From Stramenopiles sp. TOSAG23-6 (lineage: Eukaryota): a stretch of 35,268 nt of DNA. The notes beneath the pieces are model-generated. The model worked only from the letters and a program-made list of their open reading frames with translations, ran no database searches and had not been told where the DNA came from. The stretch spans positions 1 to 35,268 of the forward strand of contig LT635946.1 of assembly GCA_900128565.1 (NCBI GenBank), in the 5' to 3' direction. The translations under genes and the position numbers were made by a program. Below, piece after piece: positions 25,858 to 35,268 of this stretch (the stretch's first letter is position 1; every line of letters begins with the position of its first letter).

Positions 25858-28800
25858 GTACGNGGACAGAACTGCCCATCAACATCGCAGTCCCAACCAG
25901 TGCAGGATGTGACACGGGGATTACACGCATTTGTATCAATGGTACGAAAATTCCAACAAAACTTTCCATTGACTGTGAAATCATTCTTTGGGTTCATTAT
26001 TGGAATTGCACCAACTGTTGTAAGTAATGATTCGTTTTGTTTTTTACCATCATCACAAATACAATACTTCGTAAATCCTTGTTTTGGATCATCCACATTC
26101 AGGGGTGCCTTTCTATGTTTACACTTCATATTGGTTCCGCCATCAACCCAAATACTCCAATATTCCTCGCCAAATTTAAAATGTTTATTAGTTACACTAA
26201 ATGGACCATCAACGCCATACTTGACAGATCCATTTGCACAATCAAAACGTTCACCCTCTTTAGCAGCATAATATTGACTACCTTGTATGTGGTCCATTAT
26301 ACCGTCATTATCAAAATCAAATAGCCATCCACCTGCACCAGGCACTGAACTAAATAAACCGTATCTTGATGCTTGTATTGTTGTATTACCACATGTTACT
26401 AAATACAAGTTTCTTCCATTACTTAATTGATTGATGTGTTGATCTTTTAATTTATAAAAGCTGTTCCAATTTGACACGTAACCACCTGCAATTTCATTTG
26501 TATTAAATATTAATGAAGAATTGTCGTTTTCTTTTATATTAATTATTTGCGTCCACCCTTTCAATTTAGTTGTATAATTACAAGTTACAAGACGTGTGAT
26601 TGCCGGGTATCCAAATGTGATGGATTGATCATGTATCACGTCGTTTAAAATTGTACCTGTATCACGCATTGTAGATAAATATAAATTTCTACAACTCGAA
26701 TATACTGCTTTGATACAAACACCGGATGACCATGTACAAACGCCGTTACACCAAGCTGCTCCATTTCCTTGAGGACAACCTTCACAACCTGTATACGAGT
26801 AATGATTTCCACAACTTATTCTTTGTGATTGGCTTACTGTTCGTAGTAATTCCTCGTCGGATAAGGAAACACAAAACAAATGTCCTTTCTTTTCTGGTGT
26901 TAAAGCTTGCGATTCATTTTCCTTGAACTGTAAACCATCCAATAGATTTGTTCCATACGATGCACATTGTCGTATACCAGCACTTTCATCATTGCTACCA
27001 ATTTGTACATATTCGCCAGAACCATCCAGTACAGGTGACCAGCTATCAGTGATTGTATTATCACTATTATTAAAATTTGTGAAATATACAGCTTGTACAG
27101 GTGTATTACCAGACATATTTAAATAACGAAGAGGGCATATTTCTTTTGCGTAAGCAAGACGCTGGCCTAAAGCGAGGCATAATTCTTTTGCCATGGACCA
27201 AGTCTTTTCACCCGGTATATCATAATGTGTAGGTTGGGACGTATACTGGACAAATCTGTCTAGCTCAAAACCAGAATTTTGATCTAATGGAATATTTGGA
27301 TTCCTTGGAGTAGGTGCATCAATACTGCATTGCGTACTACTCCATGTCATTCGTCCTTGAGCTCTATGATTACATGCATCATCATACTTAGTTTGTGCAA
27401 GCAATTCATGAATAGTACACAATCGAGTACCCGATTTTGCACATATATCTTCTGCATGTTCCAAAGTGACATGATTATGACATTTTGCTTTCACTCCGCC
27501 ATGATTCGGCGGTAATGCCCAAACACGAAATTCGTTTAAATCAAATTTACTCTGTCTATTTTGAGTAGTATCATTTTGTAACTTGAAGCGAAGAGTTACA
27601 GCTTTTACATACACTATATCAAATTTAAGAGTTGTCTTGTGTGTATTAGTCACATCAAACGTTTCTCTATCGAGTACAATTTGATTATACCAACCTCCCA
27701 TGTCATTGCCACCCTGTGGTACATGCTGATTGGATACTGTACCAATGATAGATTGATTATGAGCAATACCTCCCCATGGCTGAGTATCTGTTACCACACG
27801 CATGTTGCTAAATCTTCGAGATCGACTTGAAGGCAAATTATGTGCAACTGAAAATCGTCTCAATGGTTCTTTAAATTGACCACTCACAATATCAATTAAA
27901 AATATAGGTGAAACTTTTTCAAATTCAAATGATAATATTATATCTTGAGTATTAGGAGCCAGGTGATAAAAATACAAACCAAATGCGTCTGATTTAGAGT
28001 CGATTATATTTTCCTTTACCTGTGATGAAGTTGAATTACATTTGCAATGTGGATCGGGTAAAGTGATGGGACTACTGCATTTGATACCTACACCAATATC
28101 ATTTCCAGCTTTACAATAACCATTTCTATATTCAAGATTACCCCATGCATTACTACCTTTAGTACAAGAATTCAATGGCTCATTTTCTTTACAGTGTCCC
28201 ACATGCATTGCATCTTTAGTAAATTTTATTCTTGTTACTTCACGTACACCAACATTGTACCCAAGTTTTTTACAAATAGTTGTTGCACCATAATCATTAT
28301 CCCAGAAAAAATGACCACATATGGGATACCAATCAGCATTCCAGAATACTTCGGCATAAAATAATTCACCTTGCTCGGGAAATTTCTTACCACATTCACA
28401 GCAATTGTTTTCAGGATGATTGAATTCAAGACCTGATTTCCATTCTTCACCAGCTTGTACATTACCATTAGCACACCAACCCTTATGTTCATAGTACGCA
28501 CAATCTTCACCATTATTTCCATTATTCCAATCAACCGTATCTTGACAGCTTCCATACCCCGACATTACCCTAACGTCACCATCTACATTTGGATTTGTAA
28601 CTAAGTCATTGGAAAAACTTTTTATGGAACATAACTTTTGTGTCACAGGAAAGTTTTGATTTTCATCTGGTTGCATATTGACTGTACCGAGTAGTAAAGT
28701 ACCTTGAAACAATGAAATAGTACCTTTACAATAACAAACTTTATTGTTTTGTGCACATGTATATGTAGCGACAGGGTCAGCAATATTAGTATTAGTGTAT

Positions 28801-30254
28801 GCAACCTTTGGTTGTGTGACAGAACCTCCATTTTCTGAAGCTGCAACGTTGATGGCAAGTAGTGCCTTTGCTTCGACAGGTTGATGCCATATACTAACTT
28901 CATTAATGTCAATATCATGTACACTAGAATGCGGTGAAGATCCTTCAATAACTTCAATTTCAACACGTGTTGCTGATACGGGTGTAAAAGATAATTCGAT
29001 ATTGTAGACTGGTGCGTTACTACAGCTGTATTGAAAGTGATCAAATTGTTTGCAAAGTGTATGCTTTGTTAGTATGTACCCATCAGCACAAGACATCTCA
29101 TCAACTTTTGCACAACAGTGCTCATCAAAATTTCCATTTTTCAGACATTTCGAAGCATTGTGTGTTGGTGGTACACAAGTGAACTTTTGGTATTTGTATC
29201 CACCCCTTCCACAAGTAAAATTTAAATTCGTTAGAATATAGTTATCCAGGCATGTTTTGTTTTCAGTACTTGATGCACAACAGCTTACATCAACTATCCC
29301 ATTAATTCTACATTTATTTGGGTCGTGTTTAGGTCCTTCTGCATACGTACCACCACTCAAATGAATCTCATCTTCATGAGGGCTAGATTTTTTGTTTAAA
29401 AAAACATGCGGTTCATTAGAACCGAGCCATTGACTACGAAGAACACGTAATTTCTGAAATTGTTTTGGAGTATCATCATCTACCCCATTGAAATAGCGCA
29501 AACGAAATTTCATGAGATAGTTTTGCCAATGCCCACTTGATATACTTATCTTATGAATTTCTTTCGCAACTTCATCTTTAAAGATGAATGAAATAACTGG
29601 ATGATTGGTATCTGAGTGTGATATAACACCACGATAATCAATCACACCATCAATGATACTCGATGTACTAGCGTCTGCGTGCATACAAGAGCATGAAACG
29701 ACAGTCGAGCAAGAATTTGGCTTATTCAATTCACAGTCCATCAATCCATCCCACAAAAACGACTCTGTATATTCTACATTTGTACTTGATTTGCATTGTA
29801 TACTCATGATTCCTTTACAGTAACAATTATATCCAGCAAGTTTGCAGTCGATGTTTTTGTTCCGCACAGTAAGTGACGTGCTAACTGTACCCCCGTTTGC
29901 TGATGCGGCTATATTGGTACCGGTACTGAATAATACGTTGTATTCTGAAGGCATTACTTGATCCAAGAGAGGAGGTATCTGTGTAGCATAACACACATCC
30001 TTTGGTTTGTCATCCTTTGTTGGTCCCCAGTTTGTGACAGGCCCAAGCAATACTCTATCCAACGAATCGGTGTATCCCTCTTCACCTTGGAGAGTTTCAC
30101 AATTTATTACAGAGATCTCATCAAATATTGATGATTCTTCAAGAGTTCCTGTGGTAGATGTCATTGTGCAACCCCCTTCACAGCTAGCTGAAAGACAAGG
30201 CGTAACAAACAACAATAGCGCGAGGAAAATTATCATGAAATGATTGAAATTCAT
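25858..30254 (-). CDS. Giant cell-surface protein, exon 1 (signal peptide, discoidin-like, SRCR-like and lectin-like modules)
   Basis: 1513-aa ORF 25845..30386. The ATG at 30254 begins a signal peptide MNFNHFMIIFLALLLFVTPCLSA. The ORF ends mid-module (CTGWDCDVDGQFCP), and that module continues in exon 2 (SGVPGA..GYCC..GTW). Confidence 0.85.
28074..28584 (-). other. SRCR-like domain with an internal insertion
   Basis: DGDVRV ... EVFWNADWYPICGHFFWDNDYGATTICKKLGY...C...E....C...GVGIKC. Confidence 0.65.
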
Positions 30255-31076
30255 CGGGGTACGATATCGCCGAACGGTTTTTGCTACCTTGAAAGTTTTT
30301 TTCGTGTTTTTCAAGTTATTCTTGAGGTACCGCTTTCCATATAGAGTTTGCAAAAGATGTTTACTATATAATTGTGATACTATCATGTTGAAAGTGTTTC
30401 AATAAATCAGTAGATGTAATACTTAATCGCTGAAGTGGACTTTGATTGTGTACTAACGATATACAACCGGTTGCTTCAACAAACTCTACCCAAAAATCGC
30501 CGAAACCGAACATAAGGAGTTTCTCTTTTTTTTTGAGCAGGTTTGTTTCAAATTTCAAAAAAATGAAACCGTTAAGGGCCGATCTTCGCTAAGAAATCGG
30601 CCGCGGACATCAAATCGAGAAAATTTTCTCTGCGCACTATAAAATTTTATTGTTTTTTTCGTATGCGGTCATGCCATAAGAATATATTTTCATCACTGTA
30701 AAACCACCAGATATTGTGTTGATAGGTGTAATAAAAGATATCCTGAAGTTTGTTTACTGTAAATTATCAAATTACTTTGCTAAAACAAATTTTCTACTTG
30801 CCCTTAATTGAAACTCATGTGCTCCTTGAAAATGTACTTCATGTTAATATGGGGACTGTAGCAAATCGAATTGATCACTAAAACAAATTTGGACACTGGG
30901 TACATACACTCCAACGTATCCACAACACAATAGGAGGCTAAAATATACTCAATTGTACTGTTTTGTCTACGTTTGGTTTAATTTTGTCAGGAGCATTCCC
31001 AGAGTGTTCCTCATTTCAAGCCATTTTTACACTATAGAAAACTTTCAATAGTGATTCGGATAGGATAAAATATACA

Positions 31077-31952
31077 ATGCTACCTAGTGAATCTAGTTTG
31101 ATAAAGCGGATGTTCAAGAATGATGGGTCGCTTACCCATGAAACTTCATTGGTGTTCCAAATTTTTGGGGAGCCAAATGTACTCTCTGAACAGATAGGAA
31201 ATCGCCGGCTAGAATCACCAATGATGACAATAATAGATGAATCAGGCTTTGCTGCTTTTGCATTTGTGGCACAGTCTGCGTGGAGTAAATATAGGAAATG
31301 TTTATTTAGTCGAGGAATGACTATATCATTCAAACCGAATCAACTTGTGCCAATCCGAAAGGTATCATTTGATGGTGATTTGGTTCAATTTCATTACTTG
31401 CTGTTTAATTGGACTCTTGGAGAAGTTTTAAGTCTACCATCTAAAATAGAATGGCCAGAATTGACTAATATAAAGCCTAAACCAGTTGTAGAAAGAGTTT
31501 TTAGACAGCATGGTTTTTTGAAGGAAACTTGTGGTAAGAGACCATTATTCAAAGATGGGATGTATTTTTTTGAGTGTGACGGCGTTAGCTGCAGTAAGTC
31601 TGGACAAGAAGAAGTTACTGTAGATGACGGAGAGTTGACTACCGCAGAAAAAAAAGAGAGAAATGGTGATGAAAACTATGACCATTTTGACTTCCATAGA
31701 TGCATTATTGATTTGATTCCACTTCCAGATATTCAGCTACTTGGTCAAGAAAACCATTATGTTCCAGAGAGGTATTCTGATGGAATTAAGAAGTTACCGA
31801 AGACATTAAAGCGTAACATTTTATACACATTTTATGCAACAAATGTGTTTCGATTTAAAGATAGGACACGGTTACCAAAGTGTGTACTTGCAGCAATTCG
31901 TCAAAAGTTTCCACAACTTGATGATGAAAAGGATTATACTTTCTACATATGA
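31077..31952 (+). CDS. KolX-like accessory protein with a P2X7 C-terminal (ballast)-like motif
   Basis: The C-terminus KRNILYTFYATNVF...RTRLPKCVLAAIRQKFP....DY resembles the P2X7/KolX motif R..AYR.Y..W.F....LPSC....IR..FP....Y.GF. 291-aa ATG-initiated ORF. Confidence 0.6.
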   Translation: MLPSESSLIKRMFKNDGSLTHETSLVFQIFGEPNVLSEQIGNRRLESPMMTIIDESGFAAFAFVAQSAWSKYRKCLFSRGMTISFKPNQLVPIRKVSFDGDLVQFHYLLFNWTLGEVLSLPSKIEWPELTNIKPKPVVERVFRQHGFLKETCGKRPLFKDGMYFFECDGVSCSKSGQEEVTVDDGELTTAEKKERNGDENYDHFDFHRCIIDLIPLPDIQLLGQENHYVPERYSDGIKKLPKTLKRNILYTFYATNVFRFKDRTRLPKCVLAAIRQKFPQLDDEKDYTFYI

Positions 31953-32739
31953 TGAACCACCATACTCACGAAATGTTGTATCTAACAAAGCTGGTCAAAA
32001 TTATGTATGTTTTCATCATCATTTTTTTTTACTTTTCTTTTTTTTTGTTTTTTTGTATTGTCCAAATCTTCTAAATATTCAAGCCGCGAGACTTGGAAGA
32101 GAGGGTCTTTACTGTCTATGACAGTATTGACCCAACTCGAGTACCTCCTTGAAGAAGTAGTTGATTTGTNTTGTTTTTCATCATTTTTTTTACTTTTCTT
32201 TTTTTTAATTTTTTTTTTATTCCTTTACTTCAAGTGCGGGGCCCGCCTGTCCATGGTCCGAGGCCCCCTGGTTGTTGGGAATATTTTTATTTACTTTTTT
32301 TTTTTGACTTTATCAAAGTTTCCTCGAGTTATTTTGTTTTGTTAGGGAGTAATGGACATCTTCAAGATGCATTCCATGAGCTCGCCACTCTGTGGGACTC
32401 CAGTAGTCCGTGTGGCTGGGATTTATCCCCCTAACTTGTGTGAACTATACTTTTTCCCGCAGTAATTTTTTGTCATTGTAATTCTGTTTCTGACATTAAT
32501 TTCTGCTATACTTTTTTACATTTTAGACTAGGACTAGGACAACCATTACTAGACTTGGTGTGTCGGGATTTGGTGCGTCAAGTGTTACAATAATTGTTGC
32601 AATATCTTGATTTACAATACAAATCTTGAATTGATCTACATTTTCTTTCAAAATTATGTACGTTTTCATACTTACAGTGAACCCATAATTGTTCATTCTA
32701 ATCATACAAATACTAAAAATATTAAAAAAAACTCTAACC

Positions 32740-32890
32740 CTAATAATTTAAATAATCATTTAAATAATAATTTGAATAATAATACAAATAATAATTCAAA
32801 TAATAATTTAAATAATAATTCAAATAATAATTCAAATAACAATTCAAATAATAATACAAATAATAATTTAAATAATAATACAAATAATAC
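32740..32890. repeat. (AAT)-rich 12-bp degenerate tandem repeat
   Basis: About 12 units of AATAATAAT plus TTA, TCA or ACA. Confidence 0.9.
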
Positions 32891-32904
32891 TATATTTTGA
32901 TTAA

Positions 32905-32973
32905 TTTTATTGATTATGAAATATTATTTTTATTGATTATGAAATATTATTTTTATTGATTATGAAATATTAT
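32905..32973. repeat. 23-bp tandem repeat, 3 perfect copies
   Basis: TTTTATTGATTATGAAATATTAT at 32905, 32928 and 32951. Confidence 0.95.
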
Positions 32974-33039
32974 TGGAAACATTAATTTCAAAAAAAAATT
33001 ATTTCGTGACAGTAAATAAAAAGAAAAATCTTTAATATT

Positions 33040-35241
33040 TTAAGTTGCATCTGCTTTACATCTACATAGTAAATTCTCAATAACATCTTTTGATCCTCTT
33101 GGAACATTTGAAGGATCCAGTTGCCTGAGCCACATTCGCTGCTGAACACTACTAAGCTTTTGTATATTTTCAGCAGATATCTCCAAATTTTTTAAACGAA
33201 GATTCTCTACAGGACACTTTGAAAATGAATGAAACTGGTTACAAACCTTGCAGGGTTTTGGACGTCGCTTTTTACGTTTTTGCTTGGGCTTACTACTATC
33301 AATAGCAGCAGTGCCTTCACAATGAGTTGATGTTTTTGATGAATCATAAGCACCGGGAGCACCATTCAGACCAATAACACTATGATCACCATGTATTCGA
33401 CCCTGTTTACCTAGTCGTTTCTTGAACATTCGTTGATTCCGTTTCTTGATCTCTTCTGGAGACTTATCCTTTTCAGCCTTTTTATACGCTTCTTTTTGAC
33501 GCTTGATTTCACTCTCTCGAATATCTTTTGAAGCAAGACCTGGAATACATAATTTTTTACCAAATCTTTCAAGTGTATCTGAGTATGGAGTATATATACT
33601 TTTTAAATTGTGATGGTTATTTAACAACCTGGCAGCACGAACAGATAGACCTACAGCTTCCATAATACGACATTTCCAAACTTCATAGTGTGTGTCCTTT
33701 GGACGCCACTGTGCCAAGGTTGATATTATACTTTCACATATATTATTTTGTTGCACACCAGTCTTTTGGTTCCAAATACCACTATCTTTACTGAAGACTT
33801 TAACATGTAAAATATGATTTAGCTGCTTTATTTGTGCGTCACAAGTTACAACAGAACCGGCTTTCTTTTTGAATTCACTGTGATGATTGCAATTTTCATC
33901 CTGACATTGACCTGTCAAGTGAGGCCATGCGTGCTCCTTCCAACATTTCATCATCTCATCTCGAAGGTTCCATACAGTACCAGGAAAATTTACATTTTCT
34001 GTTCCATCTCTATTAAATCTCTCTAGCTTATGTCTAAACCGAGTGAAGAGATAGTTCAGAGCAAGCTGAACTCGCAAAGCAAAATTACTATTTGTACTTT
34101 TGTGCATCTTTGTTTTAGACTTACTACGATTTGTATTTGTTATACAGTCACACACAACACCGACATCACCAACAACAACACTGACATCACCACCAACAAC
34201 ACTGACATCACCACCAACAACACCGACATCACCACCAACAACACCGGCATCACCAACATTGACATCACTAACAACAGCATCACCATTCTTATTTTTCTTA
34301 TTTGCAATGTATAACGGGCAGTCACTGTAGTGACAACCACAAACAACTTTAATATCTTTTTTTTTGGTTCCAAATTTCAAAGATGATTTTTGCAGAGCTA
34401 AAGCTTGCTGGACTTGACCAAAATTATGGGCTATTGTTGATGAAACTGCTGTGATAGGTTTATAGCAACGCCTAACTTTGTGGATCCAGCAACGCACTGA
34501 ATTACACAAATTGAAAACCTCACGGCAATCACCATCTGCGTGCGTATCACCATCTGATGAATGAATCGTAACAACATAATTTCCATTTGGGCCATCACGA
34601 TTCTTGATTGACTTTAGTCCTTTACGGCGACAAATACTCTCAAAGTATGTGCCATCAGCTACTTTTTCGCCTTCAACATCATCAGGTATTGTTTGACCTT
34701 TTATGTCAAACAATTCATCATCACGTGACGATACCATATTCCACGCAATTAGAAGTCCTGAGATCAAATCCACGAAAACAACTCCACCAATGTCTGATGG
34801 CGAAGAGTGGTTTTTTTTTGACCGGATAACCCAATAACCATCACTTTTGAGCATCATTGAGAGACGACCTCCAGGTGAATGAGGATCACGCGAATCAACA
34901 ACTTCAAAGCCAGCTTCAAAGAGTTGTTCAAGTGTTGGCATAACACAATGAACTCCATACAATTTATAGAGGTTGTTGTATTGGCGTTCTGAAACAGAGT
35001 GCCTACCAGAAAGATCTCGTTCCTCCTTATACTCACCATGACTTTTACCTCTCCAAAATGAAGAAGCAAGATCGCGAAGCGTAGGAACATCACTCACTGA
35101 TGTTTCAATACATTCTTTGTAATTCATGCATCGTTCTCGGAGGGCCTGTGACTGCGATGACGATCGAAATTTGACCTGCTCATTACAGCAAGAACAACAA
35201 CCCCATGTATATAAGACATGTATTTTGGAAAAATATTTCAA
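33040..35241 (-). CDS. DDE transposase, Kolobok/Mutator-like; 5' end uncertain
   Basis: First D in DGYW...HSS...GGVVFVDLISGLL; second D in SSDGD; CWIH (CxxH); catalytic E in QQNNICES.IS.L....PK; basic NLS-like KQKRKKRRPK; CCHC-like knuckle CKVCNQFHSFSKC. The ORF-track TTG start lies inside an introner-like repeat. Confidence 0.8.
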   Translation of the reverse strand: MKYFSKIHVLYTWGCCSCCNEQVKFRSSSQSQALRERCMNYKECIETSVSDVPTLRDLASSFWRGKSHGEYKEERDLSGRHSVSERQYNNLYKLYGVHCVMPTLEQLFEAGFEVVDSRDPHSPGGRLSMMLKSDGYWVIRSKKNHSSPSDIGGVVFVDLISGLLIAWNMVSSRDDELFDIKGQTIPDDVEGEKVADGTYFESICRRKGLKSIKNRDGPNGNYVVTIHSSDGDTHADGDCREVFNLCNSVRCWIHKVRRCYKPITAVSSTIAHNFGQVQQALALQKSSLKFGTKKKDIKVVCGCHYSDCPLYIANKKNKNGDAVVSDVNVGDAGVVGGDVGVVGGDVSVVGGDVSVVVGDVGVVCDCITNTNRSKSKTKMHKSTNSNFALRVQLALNYLFTRFRHKLERFNRDGTENVNFPGTVWNLRDEMMKCWKEHAWPHLTGQCQDENCNHHSEFKKKAGSVVTCDAQIKQLNHILHVKVFSKDSGIWNQKTGVQQNNICESIISTLAQWRPKDTHYEVWKCRIMEAVGLSVRAARLLNNHHNLKSIYTPYSDTLERFGKKLCIPGLASKDIRESEIKRQKEAYKKAEKDKSPEEIKKRNQRMFKKRLGKQGRIHGDHSVIGLNGAPGAYDSSKTSTHCEGTAAIDSSKPKQKRKKRRPKPCKVCNQFHSFSKCPVENLRLKNLEISAENIQKLSSVQQRMWLRQLDPSNVPRGSKDVIENLLCRCKADAT
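34154..34285. repeat. 21-bp in-frame minisatellite inside the transposase (GGDVSVV repeats)
   Basis: ACAACACYGACATCACCAMCA x4 plus degenerate shorter units. Confidence 0.9.
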
Positions 35242-35268
35242 AAAAAAATCGTTAGGTACAAAATTTCG
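35218..35268 (-). repeat. Second copy (partial, at window edge) of the introner-like element
   Basis: Aligns with 25773..25819. AAAAAATCGTTAGGTACAAA[G/A]TTTCG matches at 25 of 26 positions, and both copies share the ATGTA flank. Confidence 0.85.

Larger units (their letters stand above)
30576..35268. mobile_element. Probable Kolobok-type DNA transposon (other end outside the window)
   Basis: TTAA at 30572-30575 followed by GGGCC fits the Kolobok pattern of a TTAA target and an RR terminus. A KolX-like ORF and a DDE transposase lie on opposite strands, with low-complexity repeats between them. The second terminus is not visible. Confidence 0.6.

Noticed and set aside
3125-30243. Dozens of short ORFs antisense to, or in alternative frames of, the giant gene
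   Set aside because: They are shadows of a long coding sequence with no recognisable motifs.
30255-30386. Upstream ATG at 30386 as the start of the giant gene
   Set aside because: It adds 44 basic residues ahead of a canonical signal peptide, so 30254 (or 30236) is preferred. It is not excluded.
30570-30605. Helitron 3' end (hairpin plus CTRR)
   Set aside because: No CTAG/CTRR at the expected spacing and no Rep/helicase; TTAA-GG plus a DDE transposase fits Kolobok better.
32310-32705. Possible third gene on the minus strand inside the transposon
   Set aside because: Only short stop-interrupted frames with no recognisable similarity.
32607-32900. Asn-rich 97-aa ORF
   Set aside because: It is a translation of an AAT microsatellite-like tract with a TTG start and no evidence of coding.
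32905-32973. 23-bp repeats as a possible CRISPR array
   Set aside because: The repeats are directly tandem with no spacers, no cas genes are present, and the context is eukaryotic.
1-35268. Giant-virus or bacterial origin of the window
   Set aside because: No viral or bacterial core genes are present. An SLC25 carrier, a spliceosomal-type intron, a WW/PDZ/EF-hand receptor and a eukaryotic transposon all point to a nuclear eukaryotic genome.

Overview
AT-rich, intron-poor eukaryotic DNA, probably from a protist; taxonomy cannot be fixed from the sequence alone. (1) At the left, a head-to-head pair of transporter genes: an SLC25A44-like mitochondrial carrier (minus strand, truncated by the window edge, missing from the ORF track) and a TLC/NTT-family nucleotide transporter. 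(2) One giant minus-strand gene of about 27 kb. The 1513-aa and 7539-aa ORFs are best read as two exons split by an ~80-nt intron-like insert, giving a ~9,050-aa cell-surface protein. It has a signal peptide, a huge Cys-rich ectodomain with many domains nested inside other domains, a TM helix, an EF-hand pair, a TRP/PKD-like multi-pass region, and a WW-3xPDZ-WW cytoplasmic tail. (3) At the right, a probable Kolobok-type DNA transposon: TTAA followed by a GG terminus, a KolX/P2X7-ballast-like ORF and a convergent DDE transposase; it runs off the window. A second copy of the intron-like insert sits at the 5' end of the transposase ORF, pointing to an introner-like mobile intron family. All domain calls are by-eye motif recognition, not database searches.
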